64,000 bases of DNA from a bacterium (GTDB lineage: Bacteria > Desulfobacterota > Binatia > HRBIN30 > CADEER01). Under the pieces are notes generated by a model, which did no database searches, had not been told where the DNA came from, and saw only the letters and a program-made list of their open reading frames with translations. A program made the position numbers and the translations under genes. Each line of letters begins with the position of its first letter. The stretch's first letter is position 1. Of the stretch, positions 9,246 through 17,538 are shown piece after piece. The DNA lies in assembly GCA_031401035.1 (NCBI GenBank), contig JANNRA010000127.1, positions 4,001 to 68,000 of the forward strand, read 5' to 3'.

Positions 9246-11249
9246 TCAGCGCGAGAAGTTCGGCACTCCGGCGCCCCGACCACCACTACCGCTGGCGCCG
9301 CCGCCGGCGCCGCCACCGCTGCCGACGCGCGGCAGCGACGGGGCGGACACCACTTTCGGCATGGCTGTGCCGCGAAAACCGGCCTCCGGAGCGCGCTCGT
9401 AGTTGCGCGCCACCGCGCGCACCTTGGGCACCACCGGCACGGGGCGTTCGACGTCGCCGCCGGACGGGTGCACCGGCGCGGACGCCGGCGCGACATCGAC
9501 CTTACCCACCGCCTGTCGCGGCTGGCTGCGCTGCAGGGGCGGCGCGGCGATGCGGGAGCCGATGCGCGCGTCGGCCGACGCGGTCGGCCCGGTCGAACGC
9601 AAGCGCGTGAAGCCCTCCGTGCCGGCACTCGGCTTTGCCTGACCACGCAACGGCGGCGGCGCCGCGGCGCGGCGCAGGTCGCGCCCGCCCACCGTCGCCG
9701 CGGATTGTCGCGAGGCCACCGCACGCGGCGCGGCGGCGCTACGACGCTGCGAGCGCAGGCGATCGAACGCATCGGCCTCCTGCCCAGGCTTCGCCGATAC
9801 CGTCGAGCCCGGCGCCCGCCCCACGGCAGGCTGCGTCGCCGTCTGAGCACCCAACGGTGCCTGGCGCGCGAAGTCGGTAGGGACCGCACTCGCGGCCGTA
9901 GCGGCTGCACGGCGGCCGCCCAGGTCAGGGAGCGGCGCCTTGACGGTACCCGCCGAGACGGCGCGCGCACCAGCCGCTGGTGCGCGGCCATGCACCGGCT
10001 TGAGGTCCGTGGCGCTGATGTTGGCGAGGCGTGTGCGCTGCATGTTCGGCGTGCCGAACTGGTCCTTCGGGACGCCGACGACGCCGCCCGGCGCGCTGAC
10101 GTTGCGGTAGATGTTGATCGAGTCGGCGGTGATCGTATCGCCGTTGTTGATGACGATGTTGTTCACCACGCGCGGCCCACCCCAGCCGTACCAACAGGGC
10201 GAGCCGATGAAGCCGTACCCACCCCACCACGGCACCAGCGGCTCGCCCCAACCGAGCGGCGCCCAGCCGATCCAGCCCGCGCCGTACCTGCCCGAGAACG
10301 AGACCGACGGGGCGAAGAAGGTGACCAGTGCCGGAGCGTAGAACGGCGTCGCCAGCAGCGGCCCGGGCGCCCACGCCCAGTAGCCGGCATAGACCCATCG
10401 GCCGTAGTGGAACGGCGCCCAACCCCAGGGCGCGTAGTCGACCCACGACCAGCCGTAGAGCGGATCGTACAGCCAGCGCCCCTGCGTGTAGGGGGCCCAG
10501 CCGGCCGGCACGCGGTAGGGGGCCCAGACGCGGCCATAGGTACTGACGTGGCGCCAACCGCCGTGGCGTTCGAGCTCGGCGGCGCCGTACACGTCGGACG
10601 AGACCACGGCGGCGCGCGGCGCGGCGAGAAACTCGTCGGCGCGCGCGTAGTTCCAGCGGTCCCATTCGTCGAAACCGGGCGCCGGCGCGAGGTCGAGCTG
10701 CCCGACGGCACCGCCGCTGACCACCACCGCCTCGCCGGTGGCGAGGTCGACCGGTTGGCCGCCGGTGGGCGCCAGCGATGCCGCGCCGGCGCGGCGGACG
10801 GTCAGGCGGGTCGACTCGGCACCGACATCGACCCGATAGTAGCCGTCGCCGCGCGCGGTCGCCGCCCCATGCGGCGTGTCGATCTGATACACTCGTCCCG
10901 CCGCCAGGCCGCGCAGATCAAGCACGACGCTGCCCTGCGTGACCGCGAGCTGCAGGAAGTCGGGCTCGAGGCTCTGCACCCGCAGCTCCGTGTCGGCGCC
11001 GGCGCGGGCGAACGACTGGCTGCCGATCTGCAGCTCGAACTGCCCGGCGCGGCTGGCGAGCGCGTCGCCAGCCGCCAACGGCACGTTGACCTGCGCGGCC
11101 TCCCAGTCGCCCACGCCGGGGCGCCAGAACGACACGTCTCCTTCGATAAACCCCAGTCGGGGCGGCGTGATGCGCACCGTGCGCTCGTCCACCGCGGCCT
11201 CCGCCACGGCGGCGCCAAGCGCCAGGGCCACCACCAGCAGTCGGTGCAT
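9246..11249 (-). CDS. Secreted FecR-domain protein with a Trp/Tyr/Gly/Pro-rich central region and a disordered C-terminus
   Basis: Signal peptide MHRLLVVALALGAAVAEA, a FecR-like N-terminal beta domain, a W-rich block (YGWSWVDYAPWGWAPFHYGRWVYAGYWAWAPGP), then an Ala/Pro/Arg-rich tail. I cannot assign a function. Confidence 0.6.
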   Translation of the reverse strand: MHRLLVVALALGAAVAEAAVDERTVRITPPRLGFIEGDVSFWRPGVGDWEAAQVNVPLAAGDALASRAGQFELQIGSQSFARAGADTELRVQSLEPDFLQLAVTQGSVVLDLRGLAAGRVYQIDTPHGAATARGDGYYRVDVGAESTRLTVRRAGAASLAPTGGQPVDLATGEAVVVSGGAVGQLDLAPAPGFDEWDRWNYARADEFLAAPRAAVVSSDVYGAAELERHGGWRHVSTYGRVWAPYRVPAGWAPYTQGRWLYDPLYGWSWVDYAPWGWAPFHYGRWVYAGYWAWAPGPLLATPFYAPALVTFFAPSVSFSGRYGAGWIGWAPLGWGEPLVPWWGGYGFIGSPCWYGWGGPRVVNNIVINNGDTITADSINIYRNVSAPGGVVGVPKDQFGTPNMQRTRLANISATDLKPVHGRAPAAGARAVSAGTVKAPLPDLGGRRAAATAASAVPTDFARQAPLGAQTATQPAVGRAPGSTVSAKPGQEADAFDRLRSQRRSAAAPRAVASRQSAATVGGRDLRRAAAPPPLRGQAKPSAGTEGFTRLRSTGPTASADARIGSRIAAPPLQRSQPRQAVGKVDVAPASAPVHPSGGDVERPVPVVPKVRAVARNYERAPEAGFRGTAMPKVVSAPSLPRVGSGGGAGGGASGSGGRGAGVPNFSR

Positions 11250-11389
11250 GCAGCGACCTCTCTGCGCTCGGCGCGGCCGTGCGGCCAGCCCAAGCGCGTG
11301 CAATGGGATCGGGCGGAACAGAGTCACCCGATGGTTCATGATGGTAGCTGCAGCTTAGTGCGCCGCGGCGGTAAGTCAAAGGGGGGCGG

Positions 11390-12598
11390 CTAGGTGTACC
11401 CCAACGCGTCGATGATGTTCATCGCCGCCGCCTTGCGGGCCGGGTAGATGCCGAAGAAGAGCCCGACGGCGACCGAGACGAGGAAGGCGACGGCGACGCT
11501 GATGCCCGAGACAGGAACCGGAACGCCGTAGAGAAATCCCAGATAGAGCGGCACACCAGCGCCGAGCACGGTGCCGGCGAATCCGCCGGCAAGACTCAGG
11601 ATGCTGGCCTCGATGAGGAACTGCAGCAGGATGTCGCGACGACCGGCGCCCAATGCGAGGCGGATGCCGATGTCCTGGGTGCGCTCGGTGACGGTCACCA
11701 GCATGATGTTCATGATGCCGATGCCACCGACCAGCAGCGATACCGCGGCGATGCCGATCAGGCCGAGGCTGACGGCGTCGGAGATCTGCTGCACCAGCAC
11801 CAGGTACTGGTCGAGCGACTCGACCTTGAAGCTGCTCAGCGAGCGGTGCCGCGAGGCGATCACCTCGCTCGCCGCCCGCACCAGGCCGGCCACGGCGGCG
11901 GGCGATTCGGCCTGGAAGTACACGACGTCGACGAAGCGCACGCCGGAGAGATTGCGGAAGGTCGAGAATGGAATGATGGCGACCAGCCCCGCCGCCTCAC
12001 TCTTCTGCAGCGCCGCGGCGCTCTCGACGCCCTCGCGGAAGACACCGATGACGCGGAAGCGCAGACCAAAGATGCGCAGCCACGTCTCGCCCACCGGGGG
12101 ACCGCCGTAGAGCTTCTGCGCCAGCTCCTTGGAGATCAGGCAGACCTTGGCGCCACCGCGCTCTTCGGCGTCGCTGACGAACCGCCCCGCCTCGACGACC
12201 AGGTTGCGCACCTGCGCGTAGGCCGGTGTGACTCCGAGCACGGAGATCGCCTCGGACTGGCCGCGGATCGGTACCAGCTCGTTGCCGTTCAGCACCGGCG
12301 CCATCGCGGCGACGCCGGGAACGCGCGCGCGCAGGGCCTCGACATCCTCGAACGACAGCTCCTCCGGATTGACGCCGCCGCCGACGCCGTAGACGAACAC
12401 CAGGTTGGCTCCAACGCCCTCGATCAGACTGACGACGTAGTCGCGGCCGAGCAGGCCGATCGACACCACCGCGACGACGCTGGCGGTGCCGATGGCCATG
12501 CCGAGCATGGTCAGGAGCGAGCGAAAGCGCTGTCCGGCGAGGCCGTCGAGCGCGAAGCGCACCAGCAGCTTAAGCCAGGCCGTCGTCGGTCGTTCCAT
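11390..12598 (-). CDS. MacB-type ABC transporter permease (MacB_PCD + FtsX domains)
   Basis: 402 aa with an N-terminal TM segment, a periplasmic domain and three C-terminal TM segments (GGIGIMNIMLVTVTERTQDIGIRLALGA). Confidence 0.88.
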   Translation of the reverse strand: MERPTTAWLKLLVRFALDGLAGQRFRSLLTMLGMAIGTASVVAVVSIGLLGRDYVVSLIEGVGANLVFVYGVGGGVNPEELSFEDVEALRARVPGVAAMAPVLNGNELVPIRGQSEAISVLGVTPAYAQVRNLVVEAGRFVSDAEERGGAKVCLISKELAQKLYGGPPVGETWLRIFGLRFRVIGVFREGVESAAALQKSEAAGLVAIIPFSTFRNLSGVRFVDVVYFQAESPAAVAGLVRAASEVIASRHRSLSSFKVESLDQYLVLVQQISDAVSLGLIGIAAVSLLVGGIGIMNIMLVTVTERTQDIGIRLALGAGRRDILLQFLIEASILSLAGGFAGTVLGAGVPLYLGFLYGVPVPVSGISVAVAFLVSVAVGLFFGIYPARKAAAMNIIDALGYT

Positions 12599-13301
12599 CG
12601 CAAATATGGATGATGCGCTCGGCGGCGGCGCCGACCTCGTGATCGTGCGTCACCAGCACCACCGTGACCCCGTCACGATTGAGCCCGCGCAGGATCTCCA
12701 GGATCTCCATCGCCGTGCGGCTGTCGAGGGCGCCGGTCGGTTCGTCGGCCAACACCAGGCGCGGTTCGTTGACCAGCGCGCGCGCGATCGCGGCACGCTG
12801 GCGCTGCCCGATCGAGAGCTCCATCGGCTTGTGGTCGAGGCGCTCGCCCAATCCGAGTTCCTCGAGCCGGCGACGCGCCACGGCGCGACACTCGGCCGGC
12901 GCGCGACCTGCGTAGAGGGCCGGCAGTGCGGCGTTCTCGCTGATCGTCAGCTGCGGCAGCAGGTGGAAGGTCTGGAAGACGAAGCCGATCTTGCGGTTGC
13001 GCAGCCGCGCCAGCGCGTCGGCGCCGCGGCCGGACACCGGCTCGCCGTCGAAGTGGTAGGCGCCCTCGTACTCGGCGTCGAGCAGTCCGAGGATGTGCAG
13101 CAGCGTCGACTTACCCGACCCCGACCGGCCCATGATGGCGGTCAACTCGCCGGCATGGATGTCGAGGTCGAGGCCGCGCAGCGCCTGCACCGGCGCGCCG
13201 TCGCGCCGATACGTCTTGGCGATGCCGCGCAGCGCGATGAGCGGCGCGGCACTCGACGCCCGCGGCGCCCCGGACGACGAGGCCGGTGCGGCGTCGGTCA
13301 C
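12570..13301 (-). CDS. ABC transporter ATP-binding protein (MacB/LolD type)
   Basis: Walker A GRSGSGKST, signature LSIGQRQR, Walker B LVLADEPTGALD, H-loop VTHD. Confidence 0.92.
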   Translation of the reverse strand: MTDAAPASSSGAPRASSAAPLIALRGIAKTYRRDGAPVQALRGLDLDIHAGELTAIMGRSGSGKSTLLHILGLLDAEYEGAYHFDGEPVSGRGADALARLRNRKIGFVFQTFHLLPQLTISENAALPALYAGRAPAECRAVARRRLEELGLGERLDHKPMELSIGQRQRAAIARALVNEPRLVLADEPTGALDSRTAMEILEILRGLNRDGVTVVLVTHDHEVGAAAERIIHICDGTTDDGLA

Positions 13302-14431
13302 GGGCGCTGCCGATCGCGGCGGGCGACGCGCACGCGCGCGCCGTCGACGAGGTCCGGCGTCGGGCCGAGCACCACCACCGCGCCGTCGTCAAGACCACCG
13401 GTGATGGCCACGGCGGCGACGCTGCTCAGGCCGATGGTCACCGGCAGGCGCCGCAGCCGCTGGCTGTCGACGCGGAAGACGTACGACGCGCCGCCGCGCG
13501 ACCACACCGCTTCGGCCGGCACCTGCAGAGCGTCGGCGGACTCGGCGACGACGATCTCGACGTCCACGGTCATCCCGGGCACCAATCCGTCGGTGGGGGG
13601 ATCGAGCGTCGCCAACCCTTCGGCCACCGAGCGGCTGTCCTTCACCACCACGTCCGGCACCACCTCGGCGATGCGCCCCGACCAGGCGCGGCCGGGGAAG
13701 GCGTTGGCGCTGACGCGCACCGACTGGCCTGGCTGCACGCGACCGAGATCGACCTGGTCGACGTTGGCACGGACGCGCAGGCGCTCGAGGTCGGCGAGCC
13801 ACAGCAGCGGATCGCCGATGCGCACCGTGGCGCCCTTTTTCACCTGCCGGCGGTACAGCGTCCCGGCAAACGGCGCCTGCACATCGGTGGCGGCGCGCTG
13901 CGCGCGCAGCTCGGCGATGCGGGTGTCGAGCGCGGCGACGCGCAATGGCACCTCGCGCTCGAGGTGACGCAGCTGCGCCGCCGCCTCGCCGGCAGCGCGC
14001 TCGCTCTGCGCGAAGACATCGCGCGTCAGCGCCCCGGCCGCGAACAGGCCGCGGTCAGTGGCCAGGCGGGCGCGCCGCTCGTCAGCGACGGCGCGCCCGG
14101 CGCGCAGCGACTCGAGCGCGGCAAGGCGCTCCGATTCCGCCGTCGCCGCCTGCCCGGCAACCGGACCGGCGTCGAGCCGCGCCACCACCTCGCCCGCCGC
14201 GACGCGCTTACCCGGCTCGGCAATCTCGATGACGCGGCCGTCGAGACGGGCGCGCACCTCGATATCGTCGATCGGCTCGACCCGTCCGTTGGTCGAGACG
14301 ACGACGCGTAGCGGCCCGCGCGTCGCCGCCGCCGCCTGCACCAGCGGCGGCTCGCCGCGGCCGCACCACAGCGGCGCGGCGACCAGCGCCGCGCCGAGCG
14401 GCAGCAGCCACCACCAGCGGCGGACGCTCAT
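13298..14431 (-). CDS. Efflux periplasmic adaptor (HlyD/MacA family)
   Basis: N-terminal TM segment, a coiled-coil hairpin region and beta-barrel/MPD regions. There is a 4-nt overlap with the downstream ATPase gene. Confidence 0.88.
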   Translation of the reverse strand: MSVRRWWWLLPLGAALVAAPLWCGRGEPPLVQAAAATRGPLRVVVSTNGRVEPIDDIEVRARLDGRVIEIAEPGKRVAAGEVVARLDAGPVAGQAATAESERLAALESLRAGRAVADERRARLATDRGLFAAGALTRDVFAQSERAAGEAAAQLRHLEREVPLRVAALDTRIAELRAQRAATDVQAPFAGTLYRRQVKKGATVRIGDPLLWLADLERLRVRANVDQVDLGRVQPGQSVRVSANAFPGRAWSGRIAEVVPDVVVKDSRSVAEGLATLDPPTDGLVPGMTVDVEIVVAESADALQVPAEAVWSRGGASYVFRVDSQRLRRLPVTIGLSSVAAVAITGGLDDGAVVVLGPTPDLVDGARVRVARRDRQRP

Positions 14432-14459
14432 GCGCGCTCCACCGTTCTCGGCGCCCGGT

Positions 14460-15875
14460 TCATGGCGCCGCCGCCGCCTCGGGCGCCGCCTCGCCGAGCA
14501 GCGCAGCCGCCAGCCGTCCCTGCTCGCGCTGCAGCGCCGCCCAGGCGCGCACGCGCTCGAGTCGGGCGGCGAGCGCCGCCTGCGCGGCGCCCGACGCCTC
14601 GCCGCGCGCCGCCAGGGCCTGCACCACCGAGCCGCGCTGCCCTTGGAGACTCAGGTCGGCGAGCCGTTGGCGCTCGGCCGCCATGCTGGCGCGCCGCTCG
14701 GCCAGCGCCGGCTGCTGCATCGCCAGGCGTAGACGGCGTTGCAGCTCACCCGCGCGCGCCTGCTTGTCGTCGCGCACCGTCGCATAGCGCAGGCGCGCCG
14801 CCGCCGCCGCCTTGCTGGCGCCGTCGATACTGTTCGAGGCTTGAAAGCCATCGAACACCGGCACCTGCAGATCCACCCCCACCGCAACCTCCTGCTCGAA
14901 CGCGTCGAAGCGCTGCGTGCCGTAATGAAAATAGCCGCCGCGCAGCGCGAGAGTCGGATAGCGGCCGGCGCGCGCCATGTCGACGGCGAGCTCGTCCATG
15001 CGGCAGCGCAGCGCCAGGATGCGCAGCTCGGGCGCCGCGGCGAGGGCGGTCTCGCTGTCCGCCGGCGGCGCCGTGTCCACGACCACCGGCAGGCTGGCGG
15101 GCACGATCGACGGCGGCGGCGCGCCCGGTTCGGACCCGACGGCACGCGCCAGGGCGGCCTGCGCCTCGGCGAGCTCCGCCTGGTGCTGCTCTGCATCGAG
15201 CCGCACCTGCTCGACCTCGAGCACCGCCTGGTCGCGTTCGCTCGCCAGCGTGCGCCCGGCGTCGAGCAGCACCGCCGACTGGTGGGCGAGCCACTCGGCG
15301 TCGGCAAGGCGCCGGCGGTCGAGCCCCACGACGCCGTCCAAACGCACCACCTCGAGGTAGCGGTCCAGTACCGTGAAGCTGATCACCTCGCGCTGCTGCG
15401 CCTCCGCCACCGCCGCCACGTCGGCCTCCAGGGCCTCGCGCTCGGCGGCCCGCCACTGGCGCAGATCGAAGAGCATCTGATCGACGTACACGCCGATCCA
15501 CGGCTCCGACGCGCCTTGTGTCGAGAGCGGATAGCGCTTCAACCTGCCCTGTCCGTCGATGGCGTTGATGGTGTCGTCCTGACGGTTCGACCAGCCCGCC
15601 TGGCTGCTGATCGTGGCGCGGGGCCAGTAGATGCTGCGCGCCGCCGCGGCCGTATCGTCAGCCGCCCCGGTCCGCAGACGGGCGATCTGCGCCTCCGGCC
15701 CGTCGCGCAGCGCCTGCCGCACGGCGTCGTCGAGCGGCAACGCGGCTTGGCCACCGGCGCTCGATGCCAGCACGGCGATCAGCACTCCGGCGCCGGCAGC
15801 GGCGCGCGAGAGACGTGCGACAAGAGCGCGCGGCGGTCGGAACGGCTTCATCGCGATGCGGCCCTGCCATGGCAC
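14460..15875 (-). CDS. TolC family outer-membrane efflux protein
   Basis: 471 aa with a signal peptide and two repeats of Ala/Leu/Gln/Arg-rich coiled-coil OEP pattern. It sits upstream of the adaptor and ABC genes. Confidence 0.85.
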   Translation of the reverse strand: MPWQGRIAMKPFRPPRALVARLSRAAAGAGVLIAVLASSAGGQAALPLDDAVRQALRDGPEAQIARLRTGAADDTAAAARSIYWPRATISSQAGWSNRQDDTINAIDGQGRLKRYPLSTQGASEPWIGVYVDQMLFDLRQWRAAEREALEADVAAVAEAQQREVISFTVLDRYLEVVRLDGVVGLDRRRLADAEWLAHQSAVLLDAGRTLASERDQAVLEVEQVRLDAEQHQAELAEAQAALARAVGSEPGAPPPSIVPASLPVVVDTAPPADSETALAAAPELRILALRCRMDELAVDMARAGRYPTLALRGGYFHYGTQRFDAFEQEVAVGVDLQVPVFDGFQASNSIDGASKAAAAARLRYATVRDDKQARAGELQRRLRLAMQQPALAERRASMAAERQRLADLSLQGQRGSVVQALAARGEASGAAQAALAARLERVRAWAALQREQGRLAAALLGEAAPEAAAAP

Positions 15876-15935
15876 GGCGCGGACGGCGAGGCAACGCGGC
15901 CGCGCGCTGCGCTTGCGCCGCCCCGGCGCCGCCGC

Positions 15936-17393
15936 TCAATGCGCGGCGGGGGCGCCGGCGTCTGGGGCGGGCTGACGCCGCTGCGCCATGAACGCGAAGA
16001 ACTCGCGCGCCTCCCGCAGGCGCCGCACCATCACCTGCCGGTCGCGCAGCATGTCCTTGACGATGCGTAGGATCGGCCGCGGCCGCAGATAGTAGGCGCG
16101 GTAGAAGCGCTCCAGCGCGTCGTGCATCTCGGCGCTCGAGAGGCTGTCGTAGGACAACACCGCCTGCTGGATGCCGGCCGCCTGGACCAGGCCATTGTCG
16201 CGGGCGATCGGCATCCAGCCGTTGGCCTGCGCCTGGGCGTAGAGTTCGGTGCCCGGATAGGGCGCCGCGAGCGAGACCTGCAGGCTGTACGGATCGATGT
16301 CCTTGGCGAAGGCGATGGTGGTTTCGATTGTCTCGCGGGTCTCGCCCGGCAGCCCGACGATGAACGTCCCATGCACGAGGATGCCCAGGCTGTGGCAGTC
16401 GCGCATGAACTCGGCGGCGCGGTCGATGCGGGTCCCCTTCTTGATGTTGTTGAGGATGTGCTGGTTGCCGCTCTCGAAGCCGACCAGGAGCAGCCGCAGG
16501 CCGTTGTCCTTGAGCACCCTGAGCGTCTCGTAGGGGACGTTCGCCTTGGCATTGCACGACCAGGTCATGCCGAGCCGGCCGAGGCCGCGCGCGATCGCCT
16601 CGGCGCGCGGGCGGTCGTCGGTGAAGGTGTCGTCGTCGAAGAAAAACTCGCGCACCTGCGGGAATAATTTCTGCGCGTACGCCATCTCGGCAACGACGTG
16701 CTCGACGCTGCGCGTGCGGTAGGCGTGCCCGGCGATGGTCTGCGGCCACAGGCAGAAGGTGCAGCGGCTGCGGCAGCCGCGGCCGGTGTACAGCGAGACG
16801 TACGGGTGCTGCAGGTAGCCGATGTAGTAATGCTCGATGGTGAGATCGCGCTTGTAGACGTCGGTGACGTACGGGAAGGCGTCGAGCTCGTGGATCGGCG
16901 GCTGCGGGCGCGTGCGCACCGGCTGGCCGTCGGCGCCGCGGTAGGCGATGCCGGCGACCTCGGCGAGATCGGCGCCGGCCGCGATGTCGCGCACGGCGTA
17001 GTCGAACTCACCGGTGGTGACGAAGTCCACCGCCGGCGCCAGCTGCAGCGTCTGCTCGGGCAGCACCATCGTGTGCGCGCCGACGAAGCCGATGCGCACA
17101 CCGGGCAGGGCCGCCTTGAGCCGCGCCGCCGTCTCGGCATCATTCGACACCGATGGGGTCGAGGTGTGGACGATGATCAGGTCGTGCCCGCCGGCGCGCC
17201 GCAGCGTCTCGTCGAAGTCCAGTTCGTCGGCCGGCGCGTCGATGACCAGGCTGTCGGGCACCAACGCCGCGGCCTGCGCCAGCCAGGTGGGGTACCAGAA
17301 GGAGCGCACCTCGCGACGCGCCTGATAGCGCGAACCGGCTCCGCCGTCGAAACCCTCGTAGGAGGGCGGGTTGAGAAACAGCGTCTTCGTCAC
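15936..17393 (-). CDS. hpnJ: B12-binding radical SAM protein, HpnJ-like (hopanoid-biosynthesis-associated radical SAM family)
   Basis: The N-terminus VTKTLFLNPPSYEGFDGGAGSRYQARREVRSFWYPTWLAQAAAL matches my memory of HpnJ N-termini. The radical SAM cluster motif is GRGCRSRCTFC. The start is set at GTG 17393; the 946-aa track ORF is a run-through. Confidence 0.78.
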   Translation of the reverse strand: MTKTLFLNPPSYEGFDGGAGSRYQARREVRSFWYPTWLAQAAALVPDSLVIDAPADELDFDETLRRAGGHDLIIVHTSTPSVSNDAETAARLKAALPGVRIGFVGAHTMVLPEQTLQLAPAVDFVTTGEFDYAVRDIAAGADLAEVAGIAYRGADGQPVRTRPQPPIHELDAFPYVTDVYKRDLTIEHYYIGYLQHPYVSLYTGRGCRSRCTFCLWPQTIAGHAYRTRSVEHVVAEMAYAQKLFPQVREFFFDDDTFTDDRPRAEAIARGLGRLGMTWSCNAKANVPYETLRVLKDNGLRLLLVGFESGNQHILNNIKKGTRIDRAAEFMRDCHSLGILVHGTFIVGLPGETRETIETTIAFAKDIDPYSLQVSLAAPYPGTELYAQAQANGWMPIARDNGLVQAAGIQQAVLSYDSLSSAEMHDALERFYRAYYLRPRPILRIVKDMLRDRQVMVRRLREAREFFAFMAQRRQPAPDAGAPAAH

Positions 17394-17403
17394 GGCGCCC
17401 GAT

Positions 17404-17409
17404 AGTATA
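17404..17409 (-). promoter_or_regulatory. -10-like TATACT, 10 nt upstream of the hpnJ GTG
   Basis: The minus strand reads ccttcTATACTatcgggcgccGTG. There is no Shine-Dalgarno sequence between them, which suggests a very short or absent leader. Confidence 0.3.
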
Positions 17410-17538
17410 GAAGGCCCCCGGGCACGAGCAAGGGCGGTGCGGTAGACGACACCGCGCGCCGGCCGCGCGACCGCCCGCGTCGTATCCGACGACACCAGCG
17501 CGTTTTGGGGCCGTGCCGGCGCATGGTAGGCGGACCCG

